Shown here piece by piece: positions 8,454-18,914 of a DNA stretch of 64,000 bases (position 1 is its first letter; every line of letters starts with the position of its first letter). Origin of the DNA: a virus (lineage: Duplodnaviria > Heunggongvirae > Uroviricota > Caudoviricetes); IMG/VR virus record IMGVR_UViG_3300033489_000001, positions 254,023-318,022 of that record; one strand, 5' to 3'. Both the position numbers and the translations under genes were made by a program. The notes under the pieces were generated by a model that searched no databases, was not told the origin of the DNA, and worked only from the letters and a program-made list of their open reading frames with translations.

Positions 8454-11400
8454 TTAAATAAATTCTCTATACCCATACACGTAGATGTAACCCGCTGGTG
8501 TTCCACCTGTAGCAACGTTATATTCTATTATCTGTGAGGCATCCGTGCGCATCCAAACGTAGGACGAAGATGTCGATGAGTTTCCTACCGTACTTGATCC
8601 TGCCTGTTGCGCCACAGGCGGCGGATTGGTGGTGTCTCCATTCGGCCGCATACGTAGAAGCGACAAGGCCCCAACGCATTGGTGAATCATTTGGAAATAA
8701 CCTAGGCGGGACGTAGGTGGAATGAAGGATGAACAGTTGACGTCCGTGAAAGCCGTGGCGGTCCCTGCGTTCAGCACACGAATCGTAGTTGACAATTCGC
8801 TCTCGTAGAAATACGTCCTAAGATTGCCAACGGCTTCAACCTGAACCGCGCCACGAAGAGCGCTTGAGGAGTTGTTGTACCAACTACCAACCCTCTTCTT
8901 TTTTGTGTAGCCGCTTGGCATCGTGGGTGACGAACTTGATAGGCTCCACATTGCTGCATATATGTCGGACGTCGGGTTGTAAATTAGCCACAGGTAGTAC
9001 CACGTGCTCGACGCCTCAGACCCGGTATCAAGGCCGCCTGCCCCAGCCGACGCAAGATTTGCAGTGACCGTTGCAGCAAGCGCCAGATTCGTAGTGTCAT
9101 CATCACTACGAGCTGAGCCTATCTCAATTGTGAGCTGCGAGGCCGAGGTTCGCGTGATACCCAGGCCTGAAATGAAGTTAGTAGGCCAGGCAGGAATACG
9201 CCACGTCTTATCCCATCCGAAGAATTGTGGAGACACACCCGCTGCAATAGTAGACTCGAATGGTAACCCACCAACCGTACTATATTTCTTGACCCCACTG
9301 GCAGCACTGTCTTCGACTAATATGACATCGGCCGCAACAAGAGTAGACTTATTAGTAAAACTAGAGAAATCATTTGCTGATCGTTTTAATTGAGAGTCAT
9401 TGGTAACATTTCCAAGGCCAGCTTGAGTAGGTGTTATTACTAAACCTGATACGGTAGAATATTTTTTAACTCCGGCTGCTGCACTATCTTCAATCAAGAT
9501 AACATCTGCTGCAACAAGAGTAGCTTTAATAGTAAAGCTAGAGAAGTCATTTGCTGATCGTTTTAATTGAGAGTCATTGGTAACATTTCCTAATCCGACT
9601 TGACTTGAAGTTAGAGCCAAAGAGCTAATTGTAACGTACTTTTTAGCACTAGCTGCTGCACTATCTTCAATTAATAAAACATCTGCTCCAACAGGTGAAG
9701 CTTTATTGCTAAAGCTAGAGAAATCTCCTGCTGCTCTTTTCAACTGAGAGTCATTAGTGACGTTTCCTAGTCCGACTTGTGATGAAGTGAGTACTAATCC
9801 ACTGACTGTAGAATATTTCTTAACACCAGCAGCCGCCGAATCTTCGACTAAGATAACATCTGCTCCAACTAAAGTTGCCTTGTTGGTAAAGCTAGAGAAG
9901 TCATTCGCTGATCGTTTTAATTGAGCATCATTAGTTACACTCCCCAATCCAACTTGAGATGCTGTGGTACTATGAGGGTTACTAGTACTAGAAATGTGAC
10001 TATCGATGTTTGCGTGAGTATTAGTACCAGCTCCAGATAGGTTTTGGTGAGTGATGTTTCCTTCACTTACATCCAGATTAATCGTATGTGGAGTAGGATC
10101 ATCTGTTACTGTAATTTTTGTAGAGGATGCTTTAAGGTTTTTAAATTGAATATCTACTCCCGATTTTTGGGCGTAAACACCTACTCCACTCGTACCAATA
10201 TTTGATCCTGTGTTAGCTTCTCCTCCACCCGAACCGGTTATTATTGAAGCTAATCCAAACTTTCCAGCGGCTTGAAAAACAGCTTGAGCAGCATCCCCTA
10301 AATTCGTGGCTCCTTGAACTACAGCCATATAGCCACGAAAGATAAATGCAGCAAATGCTGGATCAAGAGTAAAACTATCTTGTATGTGTGCTAATGCAGT
10401 AGCTTTGTCGGCATATTGTACTTGACCGTATTGACAAGTTACAAGGTTTAGATCGGGAAGGAAAAAGAAAGTTTGTACAGTCCACCAACCAGCAGTAACA
10501 GCCACCCGTCCAGCTCCACCACCAGGATCATAATAGTTCGGATCTAAGTTATAGGCTGTAGATGTAGCTACCCATACGTTAGAAGTATTTCGATAAGCGT
10601 AGAAGTTTGCTTGAGGTGAAGATGCTGTGTTTGAAATAATGTTTGGGCTTTTCTTGGTAACTGCGTAGTTAGCTCCAAACTTGAAGCACGTTCCAGCTGA
10701 TCTTTTTATTCTAAGATCTGTTCCGTTCGCTTCAATAACGTTCCCATCTATACAAAAAGCCCCAAATGAATCTAGAAAAGTTCTTAGTGATGATTCAACA
10801 CTAAATATGGGCACAACAAATATTGATATGTAACTTAGATTAGTTAGGTTTGGATGCCCTAACGCACCAAGAGCAATATAGTCTTCGTATTGATCTTCAG
10901 TGTACCTTGATGTGGATTGCAATACATTACCCGAAGAATCTAAATAGATATAAGAAATAGCATCCGAAGTTAGATAAGTAGGCGTCAGAGCCGTTTTTGC
11001 ACTCCAAGAAACAAGAGTTCTTATAGGATTTAAAGGATCTGTGTAGTTATTTACGATGTATCCTGTTCCGGCTGATATATCGAATTTAGTATTATCGCCT
11101 CCATTTATACTTAATATTCCCCCGGTCAATAACCCAGTGGACATTAAATTCGAAATACGTTCCGGTTCCCCTGTAAATACTCGAACTATAAGGTTATCTG
11201 TGCCAATGACATCTGAACCAGTAAGGTTCGTAATCTCAAATGCTATCTTGGAATCTGTTCCTTCCTGAACAACAAACACACTACCACCAAAACTAGCTCC
11301 TACTGCTGCATCATTTGTACGCACCATAGGCGTTGATGCGCCTTTCCAAAGATAAAGACCGTCCTGAGTTGTTGTGCTTTGCTGGTCACAACAAACGCGA

Positions 11401-11666
11401 TCATCAACGTTCATTGTAATGCCGTCAATTGTTGCCCCTGGTGCCGATAAAGTAAGGTTTCCTTGGGATCTAACTCTAACAGGTTGCTTCCACTTATTGC
11501 TCCCACTAAGTAAGTTGCTTAACTGTACCTTCTTTTTATTATTCGAATCTGCACTATCTTCTATTAGGACTAGATCAGCATTTACAAGAGTAGTTTTTTC
11601 TGTAAGATCTGTAAATTCTCCAGGATTATTCTTGTGAATAGCATCAGAATCGTAGAAAAAAGGCAT
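8454..11666 (-). CDS. Long tail fibre-like protein with internal 59-aa repeats
   Basis: Ser/Thr/Gly-rich; WKQPVRV...DDRV...QDGLY domain typical of phage tail/head decoration proteins; SQVGLGNVTND repeats; C-terminal GLDTGSEASSTWYYLW...MPSGYTKKKRVGS tail-fibre-like block. Confidence 0.7.
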   Translation of the reverse strand: MPFFYDSDAIHKNNPGEFTDLTEKTTLVNADLVLIEDSADSNNKKKVQLSNLLSGSNKWKQPVRVRSQGNLTLSAPGATIDGITMNVDDRVCCDQQSTTTQDGLYLWKGASTPMVRTNDAAVGASFGGSVFVVQEGTDSKIAFEITNLTGSDVIGTDNLIVRVFTGEPERISNLMSTGLLTGGILSINGGDNTKFDISAGTGYIVNNYTDPLNPIRTLVSWSAKTALTPTYLTSDAISYIYLDSSGNVLQSTSRYTEDQYEDYIALGALGHPNLTNLSYISIFVVPIFSVESSLRTFLDSFGAFCIDGNVIEANGTDLRIKRSAGTCFKFGANYAVTKKSPNIISNTASSPQANFYAYRNTSNVWVATSTAYNLDPNYYDPGGGAGRVAVTAGWWTVQTFFFLPDLNLVTCQYGQVQYADKATALAHIQDSFTLDPAFAAFIFRGYMAVVQGATNLGDAAQAVFQAAGKFGLASIITGSGGGEANTGSNIGTSGVGVYAQKSGVDIQFKNLKASSTKITVTDDPTPHTINLDVSEGNITHQNLSGAGTNTHANIDSHISSTSNPHSTTASQVGLGSVTNDAQLKRSANDFSSFTNKATLVGADVILVEDSAAAGVKKYSTVSGLVLTSSQVGLGNVTNDSQLKRAAGDFSSFSNKASPVGADVLLIEDSAAASAKKYVTISSLALTSSQVGLGNVTNDSQLKRSANDFSSFTIKATLVAADVILIEDSAAAGVKKYSTVSGLVITPTQAGLGNVTNDSQLKRSANDFSSFTNKSTLVAADVILVEDSAASGVKKYSTVGGLPFESTIAAGVSPQFFGWDKTWRIPAWPTNFISGLGITRTSASQLTIEIGSARSDDDTTNLALAATVTANLASAGAGGLDTGSEASSTWYYLWLIYNPTSDIYAAMWSLSSSSPTMPSGYTKKKRVGSWYNNSSSALRGAVQVEAVGNLRTYFYESELSTTIRVLNAGTATAFTDVNCSSFIPPTSRLGYFQMIHQCVGALSLLRMRPNGDTTNPPPVAQQAGSSTVGNSSTSSSYVWMRTDASQIIEYNVATGGTPAGYIYVYGYREFI
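9271..9980 (-). repeat. Four tandem 177-bp (59-aa) coding repeats
   Basis: Equivalent GAGAA positions at 9364, 9541, 9718 and 9895; unit ~SQVGLGNVTNDSQLKRSANDFSSFTNKATLVAADVILIEDSAAAGVKKYSTVSGL; boundaries approximate. Confidence 0.9.
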
Positions 11667-11694
11667 ATTGATCTCCTAATTTATTACTCAAGCT

Positions 11695-13440
11695 TTATGC
11701 AAGTTCTGTTATCCTGGCATTGCCTATAGCGCTTGACCAATATCCATTAATTTGACCCCTGTAACCATAAGGGACTTCGTAATAGCTTTGTGGGGTAAGA
11801 CGAACAGTGAAACTTGTAGATGATGCTCCTGTTCCAAACTTTACGTAACAGTAAGATAGACTATCATTATAAATCATTGCACCATCTCTACTATTATTAG
11901 CTGCAAGAAGTGTTGTGTCTGCCACAGCAGCAGCTACAGTGGTACAGGTAGCTTGTGGATTCACAATCCCTGATTCTTCTTTGATATTAACAAAGTTATA
12001 ATCAGAAAGATAAGTCATATCCACAGTGAGAGTGGTATCACTTGATGGAACCCCTGTATTGAAAATACCAATGCAGCTTAACAAGGATAGATAAGGATTA
12101 GGAATGTGAGTACGACAGGCTCCTAAAAAGGTACGAGGTGAACCGTCTAAGGGGTCATACCAGTATCGAATTTGATTAGGAAGATAATCAATTACGAGAT
12201 TAATATAAGCAGCAGTAGTAAGCCCGAAAGGTAATGTAATTGTATATGTTTCAAGATCTGATGCAGATAAACTAGATCTTGAACAAAGAGTAATTTGTGC
12301 ATTATTCGTCCCTGTTAATTCAATAGCTGCTTGTAAACTTGGGCTCAATTCATTGTCGTAGAACCCCAGTTTAACTGTCTGATTAGCAATACGCTGACTG
12401 ACCTTGAAACGAAATAAAGCTTCTAATGGAGCATAGTCAGCACCATGATATACATAAGTGTTCTGTCCACTGGTGGTACCACTAGTGATAAGCAGTTCTG
12501 AATTTGCAACACTAAGGCTGCCACCTGTTCCAGTAATGGGAAACCATTTAGCTTGAGTAGCGGTACCACTTCCATTCGCACCCGTATAGTTGGTTTCTAG
12601 GATCAGGTTGTCATCATCAATGACATTAAGCACTAAGGCATATTCTGCATCGGTATGAGAACTTAGTCTGATATAAGAGAAACGGTCAACTTCTGTAGTA
12701 AACGAACAACCTGAACCGGTAATTATATCTGATCCATTAATGAAAGTTACTGTCCCTGTAAGAGTAGTAGTCAGTGTTGTGAAATCATCACGAAATGAAC
12801 CTGCATCTGTGAGGACTCCTCCGTAAGTCTGAAGAGTTCCATCGGCTCCGAGTAAAAGTGGAGCTTTCTCACCTCGGGCAAGACCAAAGAAAGTTGCTGG
12901 AGTAGCTGGGTCCCAACTTCCAGAGCTAACTCCTCCGACCGGCTGAGTTGTAGTACCAGTAGGATCGGTTTTTACTGGATTTGAATCTGTACCAACTTCT
13001 ACAGAGCCTCCACTAGAAGAGCCTCGAAGATTAACCCCTAATATGTACTGAGTTCCACCTCCACTATCAGCATCAAATACTCGTGGAACTTGAAGATTAG
13101 TACCATCAGAAGCACCAACTTGAGTACCACTGGCAGGAATTGCGGACCCGAGAGTTCCAACCGAAGCATTGGTAGCGGTAATTGACCCAGAGATAGGTAC
13201 AGGAGTACCGCTCCCCACTCCTTGAATTGAAAGGACACCTCCAGCAGGTGATCCAGCAGTACCAGCGCCTACAACAATGGGCCTGCCGCTGGAATCAACT
13301 ACCATGTAACGTGAGTTAGTTCCATCACTACCCGCCACCATAAGGCCAGAAGTATTGGCGGGTGTAGCTACTCCATTTTTTACGGATAACTCAATACCAC
13401 TAGAATCATATAAAATTACTGCGGGAGAATCGGCTGACAT
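11695..13440 (-). CDS. Putative virion structural protein
   Basis: G/S/T-rich, beta-rich composition; within the co-directional structural cluster. Confidence 0.55.
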   Translation of the reverse strand: MSADSPAVILYDSSGIELSVKNGVATPANTSGLMVAGSDGTNSRYMVVDSSGRPIVVGAGTAGSPAGGVLSIQGVGSGTPVPISGSITATNASVGTLGSAIPASGTQVGASDGTNLQVPRVFDADSGGGTQYILGVNLRGSSSGGSVEVGTDSNPVKTDPTGTTTQPVGGVSSGSWDPATPATFFGLARGEKAPLLLGADGTLQTYGGVLTDAGSFRDDFTTLTTTLTGTVTFINGSDIITGSGCSFTTEVDRFSYIRLSSHTDAEYALVLNVIDDDNLILETNYTGANGSGTATQAKWFPITGTGGSLSVANSELLITSGTTSGQNTYVYHGADYAPLEALFRFKVSQRIANQTVKLGFYDNELSPSLQAAIELTGTNNAQITLCSRSSLSASDLETYTITLPFGLTTAAYINLVIDYLPNQIRYWYDPLDGSPRTFLGACRTHIPNPYLSLLSCIGIFNTGVPSSDTTLTVDMTYLSDYNFVNIKEESGIVNPQATCTTVAAAVADTTLLAANNSRDGAMIYNDSLSYCYVKFGTGASSTSFTVRLTPQSYYEVPYGYRGQINGYWSSAIGNARITELA

Positions 13441-13458
13441 GATTGCACCTGCTTTTTG

Positions 13459-14169
13459 CTAAGCAAAGGTCCTTGTTCTAGATATTTCAAATATACCTGA
13501 GTAAGAAATTGTGTCGGTAGCTTGTATTATTAATGCACCTGCGGCATCGTAGATGCTCCAAACAATAGTTGCTATTGTCTTATTTGAGTTGTACGTAATT
13601 GCTTTCTCAACTAATTTGATGAGCTTGGAAGAACTGGTCCACCAAGTTATTGAAGTTGGAAAAGGATCAGATGCGGGAAGAGTTTCTTTGTAGGGGGCAG
13701 AAGCGAAATCATCCCCAGGTCCATCAGGCAAAAAATGAATTAATTGCCTGAGAATTTTATGTTCATCTACAGAGATCCCGGTAATAGCGCTAGCAGTTTT
13801 TAAACTACCTGTACTATTAAGCACATTGAATCCATGGCTATCAACATAAACAAGAGTGTCTCCTGCATCTAAAGTACATTTGAAAACTATGCGAGTAGTT
13901 CCTCCTCCTTCATTAATTTGAATAGTGACAATCTGCTGATTAGTAGACAAATTGTATAAAGAGAGGAACTTAGTTTGTCTCTGGGTAGATGCAGCTGGAG
14001 CACTTACTAAAGTGACTGGAGTTGTACCATTAGTAGTTCCTGAATCAGCAATAGGACCAAAAGTTGTAGTGGTGATATCAACATAACTAGCTGTCCAAGG
14101 CAGCTCACTACTTGGTGTGCTCCCTAACACTACTTCTAGCGATTTATCTACTGTATTTAAAATTAACAT
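13459..14169 (-). CDS. Putative virion structural protein
   Basis: Thr-rich, beta-strand-like ORF in the structural cluster. Confidence 0.5.
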   Translation of the reverse strand: MLILNTVDKSLEVVLGSTPSSELPWTASYVDITTTTFGPIADSGTTNGTTPVTLVSAPAASTQRQTKFLSLYNLSTNQQIVTIQINEGGGTTRIVFKCTLDAGDTLVYVDSHGFNVLNSTGSLKTASAITGISVDEHKILRQLIHFLPDGPGDDFASAPYKETLPASDPFPTSITWWTSSSKLIKLVEKAITYNSNKTIATIVWSIYDAAGALIIQATDTISYSGIFEISRTRTFA

Positions 14170-14192
14170 CTTATCTTTAATCTACTACCCAT

Positions 14193-14678
14193 TCATACTC
14201 TTAGAGATAATCGCGCTAACACCTGCGGTTGTGTTAAACCCCCTCCACTAACAATTGCTGTGTCTAGATCTGTTATAGCCCCTTGCACATTGTGAGATGC
14301 GGTGTGAAGTAAACCAGTAGGATTAAACCCCACTCTTAAAGCACCTGGAGGCCAGACAAAAATTGCTTCCCCTCCAGTAGAATCGTTAATTGCTTCAACT
14401 ACGATAAAAGAGGTATCATCTATTACTTCAAATACCGTGTAAGTACCATCGGCAAGCCCCCCAGAAGTTCCAGTGAGGATTACGATGTCCTTAGGCTCAA
14501 CACGTTGATCTACGTCCTCGATGATGTAGGTACCGCTCAAGACAATCGTTTTTGTGGAGGATGTGGTGGAAACAACAACTACTCCTGATATGAAAGCGGT
14601 TTGAGCATCGCTCTCTAACTCTGGAGCATCTACAAAATCAAGATCGCTGAGGTCAGCACGCTTTAAACCAAGACTCAT
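14193..14678 (-). CDS. Putative virion structural protein
   Basis: Acidic, beta-rich ORF heading the 14.7-4 kb minus-strand cluster. Confidence 0.5.
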   Translation of the reverse strand: MSLGLKRADLSDLDFVDAPELESDAQTAFISGVVVVSTTSSTKTIVLSGTYIIEDVDQRVEPKDIVILTGTSGGLADGTYTVFEVIDDTSFIVVEAINDSTGGEAIFVWPPGALRVGFNPTGLLHTASHNVQGAITDLDTAIVSGGGLTQPQVLARLSLRV

Positions 14679-14711
14679 CGTTTAAGGAGGTTCTCCTTAA
14701 ACGATGAGTCT
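14671..14711. promoter_or_regulatory. Perfect 19-bp inverted repeat covering the start codon and SD-like sequence of 14193..14678
   Basis: AGACTCATCGTTTAAGGAG-gtt-CTCCTTAAACGATGAGTCT. Confidence 0.75.
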
Positions 14712-14781
14712 CAATAAATGGTTATTAAACCGTTTACCCCCTTACGGAGTGCCCCATACAGCTTTCAGACGTTTTTGGCTG

Positions 14782-15465
14782 TTAACGGACAGGAGTGCTT
14801 CGAGCCTTTTTCTTTTTCTCTTCCTTCTGAGCTAACACAGGCTTCTCTTGTACCGGAACCTCTTTCAAACTTTCTCCTACCACTTCTTGAATGGCTCGCA
14901 TTTCTTGAGCCCTAGTGTTTTGGGGAGGTTTTGTAAGAATTCCCCCTAAAATTTCTTGCGTTTGATTGACGGCTTCCTTGGTGATCTCTTGCTCCTTTAA
15001 GCTGCCAAGAGACAACGCTTCGTCCGCTATACGGTCTGCTTCACGTAAAGCAATGCTCTTTTCAAGGTCAATGGCTTTTTCGGCTTCACCCGCAGCTTTT
15101 AGCTCTTCAAGCCTTGCTTTGTCTTCAGCAATTTCTTTTTGTTCGATGAGGCGTGCCCCTTCCAAAATTCGTAAACGCTCACGGGTGCGAGCATCTACTA
15201 TGTTCAGGATCAAACTTCCCATCATAGAACACACATTCGTTGCCGCCTGGTGGTAAGCTTTCTGTCTCTCGAGTTCCATAAGAGCGGCTTCATTCTTAAG
15301 CCTTAGCGCTTCCACCGCTTTTAGAATTTGAAGTAATGTTCCTGAGTATTCTTCAGGAGTAGCCGCTCCTTCTTGAATAGCTTTAGCTAGGACCCCTTGT
15401 AAGTAACTAAGGTGTTCCTTAAAAGTTCCGTGTTCCATTTGTCCTACTTTTGATCCGATTGGCAT
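14782..15465 (-). CDS. Hypothetical coiled-coil protein
   Basis: 227-aa E/K/A-rich helical ORF with SD (AAGGA). Confidence 0.6.
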   Translation of the reverse strand: MPIGSKVGQMEHGTFKEHLSYLQGVLAKAIQEGAATPEEYSGTLLQILKAVEALRLKNEAALMELERQKAYHQAATNVCSMMGSLILNIVDARTRERLRILEGARLIEQKEIAEDKARLEELKAAGEAEKAIDLEKSIALREADRIADEALSLGSLKEQEITKEAVNQTQEILGGILTKPPQNTRAQEMRAIQEVVGESLKEVPVQEKPVLAQKEEKKKKARSTPVR

Positions 15466-15493
15466 TTTGATCTATGTCCTTTTTAATTTAGTA

Positions 15494-15844
15494 TCATCTG
15501 CAATTTTTGATGAATTTTTCCCATTCCGGGATCTCTTCGAGTTCTTCCTCTTCTGCAATTCCTTTGAATCCTAAAGCTTTGAGTCTATGTTTTAGTTGCC
15601 CAAGACTTAGATGTTCCGGCTCTTCTTCTTGAGGCGGGTTCTTAGCTTTACATTGCTCAGCTTTGAATTTATGCACCAAAGCAACGCAATATTGGCAATA
15701 ATCCCCCCAGCCTGCCCTTGGCAGAGTCGTCCCACTAGCCGCAAACATCCTTGTACCAGGGGGAACTTCATGCCCCGTCTTGCACCACAAGATAGAGGGA
15801 TTCCGAATCTCACTAAATGTTAGATCAGCTTTGGGGAGGGACAT
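15494..15844 (-). CDS. Hypothetical protein with Cys/His motifs
   Basis: CKTGH...CQYC; GGTGTA motif 10 nt upstream of the ATG. Confidence 0.6.
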   Translation of the reverse strand: MSLPKADLTFSEIRNPSILWCKTGHEVPPGTRMFAASGTTLPRAGWGDYCQYCVALVHKFKAEQCKAKNPPQEEEPEHLSLGQLKHRLKALGFKGIAEEEELEEIPEWEKFIKNCR

Positions 15845-15887
15845 AGCTACTAGTTACACCTCCCCAAAGGGGACTTACTCTGGTGGC

Positions 15888-17846
15888 TTATCCTACAACA
15901 AAGTAATTGATGTGGTCTCCAGAGTTAATCTTGGTATAAGGAGTGATGTGCGTGGTATCGGTTTCGTCGTAATCATCTCCGTTAGCAACGGTGCCAGGGT
16001 CACGTAGCAAACCACGCCAGAAGACCCATAGATGGAGGCCATTATCAGTTCCATCTAGTACATAGGTAACTGGGACAGCATAATTCGTAAACTTTGGAAT
16101 GTCTGCCGCTAGACGTTCAATAGTGCGAGTAACGTTCGCACTAGAAATGGCAGCATTAAGTCGCTGCAATGAAGCGGTGATCGTCTCACCATCAAAAGCA
16201 CCAAGGACACCACCTGTATATGTCCTGTCCCCAATCTGATCGTTGATGGCTTGCACAATTTCCTCAAGATTGGACGTTGAGGCACTTGGCAAATCGGAAA
16301 ACACAAAGTAGTTGCCCGTATTGGTCAACGTGGGGTGAACCTCTCCAGGATACTCTCCGGTGAAGGTTTGCAAGTTATGAATGGCAGCGGATAAAGCTGC
16401 ATCTGAGACAATGCCACCAATCATAGTTGTACGGAAAGCCGATTCATCAAGAAGGTCAAAGCGGTACCGGTCGCCATTATAGAAGTCCCATAGAGAGCCT
16501 TCAACGGAAACTGCCCACCTGATCGATCCAGCATTTGTGTCTGTATTGAAGTTGGCAGTCTTGGTTACGGTAACGGATGTGGCTGACACAATGGTCGCGA
16601 TTGCAAAAATACCACAGTTTCCGGCTGTTCCGCAGTTATAAAGAGTAATGAACCGTCCGATGTCATCAGTAGTCATTCCGGTAAGACCTGTAATGGTCTT
16701 CGTAGCGTTGGTCACCGTAGCAGCAGAACCTGATCGACCAGCAAGCATTTCGAGGGAAGCAGCGCTAGCCGTTCCATCGTTGAGTCCAGTGAAAAGCTCT
16801 ACAAAGAATCTGGTGCCTTCATTTGTAACTGTTGCTTTTGGATCTAACTGATCTCCGAAACTTCTTCCAAACAACGCTAATCCCGCAATTGTAGAAGGAT
16901 GATCACTGTCTACAGGATCAATTACTTCTACGTAAGTTGCAGCGTAGTTGGTTTCATCAAAGGCTCCGGTATCAGCAATAGGAATTCCAGTAGTATCCGT
17001 CGCATCGGCCCAGTTACGAGCACTAAGGATACCCTTCTGACTACCAAGAAGAGTCCAGACAGCTGTTCCACCAGCGCCGGTAGCGTTCAAACCATCTAAC
17101 TCTACGGTTTGCCCATCGGTTACGGTTTTAATCCGATAAGTACCATCTGCCGTACCATCAGCAGCACAAACGATGGTGATAAAGCTGTTCAAGTCTCCAG
17201 CTACAAAATGCATCATGGTGGTAGTGAACGTTTCATCCCCAGTGGCCACGGTTCCATCTGTATAGGTAATCGGTGGGCGCAAAACAACGTTGTGCTCCAA
17301 CACATCTCGCACAATGGCCTTAGCATCGTTGGTGTAGCCAGCAAGATTAGTCAAGTTAGCGGAGCGGGGAGTTCCCGTGGCATTAGGCCGCACGTAGGTC
17401 GGAACAGCGGTGTAATGTTGAGCCGTACCTTTGATGTTCTTACGATCAGTTCGCTCGAAGTTGATATCGTCCGCAATGGTATAAGGCTCGCGAACATCAT
17501 CTGTTCCAGTAAATGGGTTCTCAACCCCACCACCACCCGCCGCCGTGTAGGTAATCGTAGTACCTGTCCGTGAAACGATCAGGAAGGTTCCATTATTACC
17601 AGCTCCAGATCCGGCGATGGTAACGAATCTGCCAATATCGTCATCCGTAAATGCCGCTCCTGCATCTGTAAGAGTCTGATACCCGAGGGCCGGGGCAGAA
17701 ATATCAGCAGCTCCTATAGGGCCGCTAGATGCCACCAAACCAAAGAAATACTGCTCGTCCGTAGGTAACGTCCGAGTATTTTGAACGGTAAGAGTACCTT
17801 TTATATCAATAGAAGGGTCAACCGCATTAAGCCTGGTGGTAGTCAT
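15888..17846 (-). CDS. Putative virion structural protein
   Basis: 652-aa T/G/A/D-rich ORF with repeated DDIGRFxT...GxNGxFxI modules; strong SD TAAGGAG. Confidence 0.6.
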   Translation of the reverse strand: MTTTRLNAVDPSIDIKGTLTVQNTRTLPTDEQYFFGLVASSGPIGAADISAPALGYQTLTDAGAAFTDDDIGRFVTIAGSGAGNNGTFLIVSRTGTTITYTAAGGGGVENPFTGTDDVREPYTIADDINFERTDRKNIKGTAQHYTAVPTYVRPNATGTPRSANLTNLAGYTNDAKAIVRDVLEHNVVLRPPITYTDGTVATGDETFTTTMMHFVAGDLNSFITIVCAADGTADGTYRIKTVTDGQTVELDGLNATGAGGTAVWTLLGSQKGILSARNWADATDTTGIPIADTGAFDETNYAATYVEVIDPVDSDHPSTIAGLALFGRSFGDQLDPKATVTNEGTRFFVELFTGLNDGTASAASLEMLAGRSGSAATVTNATKTITGLTGMTTDDIGRFITLYNCGTAGNCGIFAIATIVSATSVTVTKTANFNTDTNAGSIRWAVSVEGSLWDFYNGDRYRFDLLDESAFRTTMIGGIVSDAALSAAIHNLQTFTGEYPGEVHPTLTNTGNYFVFSDLPSASTSNLEEIVQAINDQIGDRTYTGGVLGAFDGETITASLQRLNAAISSANVTRTIERLAADIPKFTNYAVPVTYVLDGTDNGLHLWVFWRGLLRDPGTVANGDDYDETDTTHITPYTKINSGDHINYFVVG

Positions 17847-18042
17847 AGCACTCCTTAATCATGTAGACAGAACGTTAGGTTCACTAGTGCCGCATAACAA
17901 AAAGAAATGTTGTTTTCTTACTTTTACATAATTTCTTTGTTCCCTGGTGTATGGATCGAAAAGAGATTGCCGCATGGTGTGGTAATTAATCGAACGAAAA
18001 ATCGAAAAACGATGGAACTCATTAGAACAATAGGAGCAAAGC

Positions 18043-18903
18043 ATGTTGAAAGAAACTACAGGGCCGCGATCAAGATTTGGAAAGTGTATGATCAAGGGGA
18101 TGGCGTACTATTTGGGAAATGAACCTGACAAAATCCCAATTACGCTAAAAACGCTTTATGAAAGCTTTCAAGCTGGGGGTTTTGAAAGCCCCATAAAAGC
18201 CAGCCTACTTTATAGGGATACCGCTGAAGGAATCTTAGATCACCTTCAATCTAAGTTGCCTTCCGCAACCATTAATAAGCATCGAGATTATGTGAAAGGG
18301 CTGGTAGGGGAACCCCCCATTACGGTTCAAGTCTCAGAACCTGAGAAGGTTCAGGTTTCAACACCCACCGGAGACGATTGGAATTGGATTGATGACGAAA
18401 CCGTTACTGGCTCAGGATTGGCTGAACCGGTAAAGGCTTCCTTGGAGATTTCTCTACTTCACCGAGAATTGATGAAATTTGTGGAGAGGGTTGAGGAGCG
18501 ATGGAAAGTTGAAGATCCAATTTTCTTAGCACGAAGTAAAACGAACCTCTCCGTATTATTTATAGCCACAAACATAGGGATACCAAAAGGAACAAAGGTC
18601 AAAATCAACGTCCTTGGCACGATAGGATCAAACACAATCCCGGACCTAGGGAAAGAGTACCTATTCTGTGAAGATGGTGTTCCCCTCAAACATAGCCATG
18701 ATTACAGTGACGGACGGACTTACTTCGGGTGGGCCTTTCAAATCCTAAACGGAACGGTTATCAAGCTTTGGATGTCTAAGGCTACCGGTTATGACGAGAT
18801 TAGAGGCAGAGATATATGGAAGAAATGCAGAACCGTTAGGATTAGACTTGACGAAAGTTTACCAAAAGGCTACCAGTTGTTGAGTAACACGATTGAGGAC
18901 TGA
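18043..18903 (+). CDS. Hypothetical protein (true start uncertain, possibly frameshift-linked to 18012..18122)
   Basis: 286-aa ORF overlapping a short upstream ORF in another frame. Confidence 0.55.
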   Translation: MLKETTGPRSRFGKCMIKGMAYYLGNEPDKIPITLKTLYESFQAGGFESPIKASLLYRDTAEGILDHLQSKLPSATINKHRDYVKGLVGEPPITVQVSEPEKVQVSTPTGDDWNWIDDETVTGSGLAEPVKASLEISLLHRELMKFVERVEERWKVEDPIFLARSKTNLSVLFIATNIGIPKGTKVKINVLGTIGSNTIPDLGKEYLFCEDGVPLKHSHDYSDGRTYFGWAFQILNGTVIKLWMSKATGYDEIRGRDIWKKCRTVRIRLDESLPKGYQLLSNTIED

Positions 18904-18914
18904 GTTGTAGTTTA

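Noticed and set aside
9271-9980. CRISPR-like periodic repeats
   Set aside because: The 177-bp in-frame coding repeats have no unique spacers; no CRISPR array or cas gene was seen in the window
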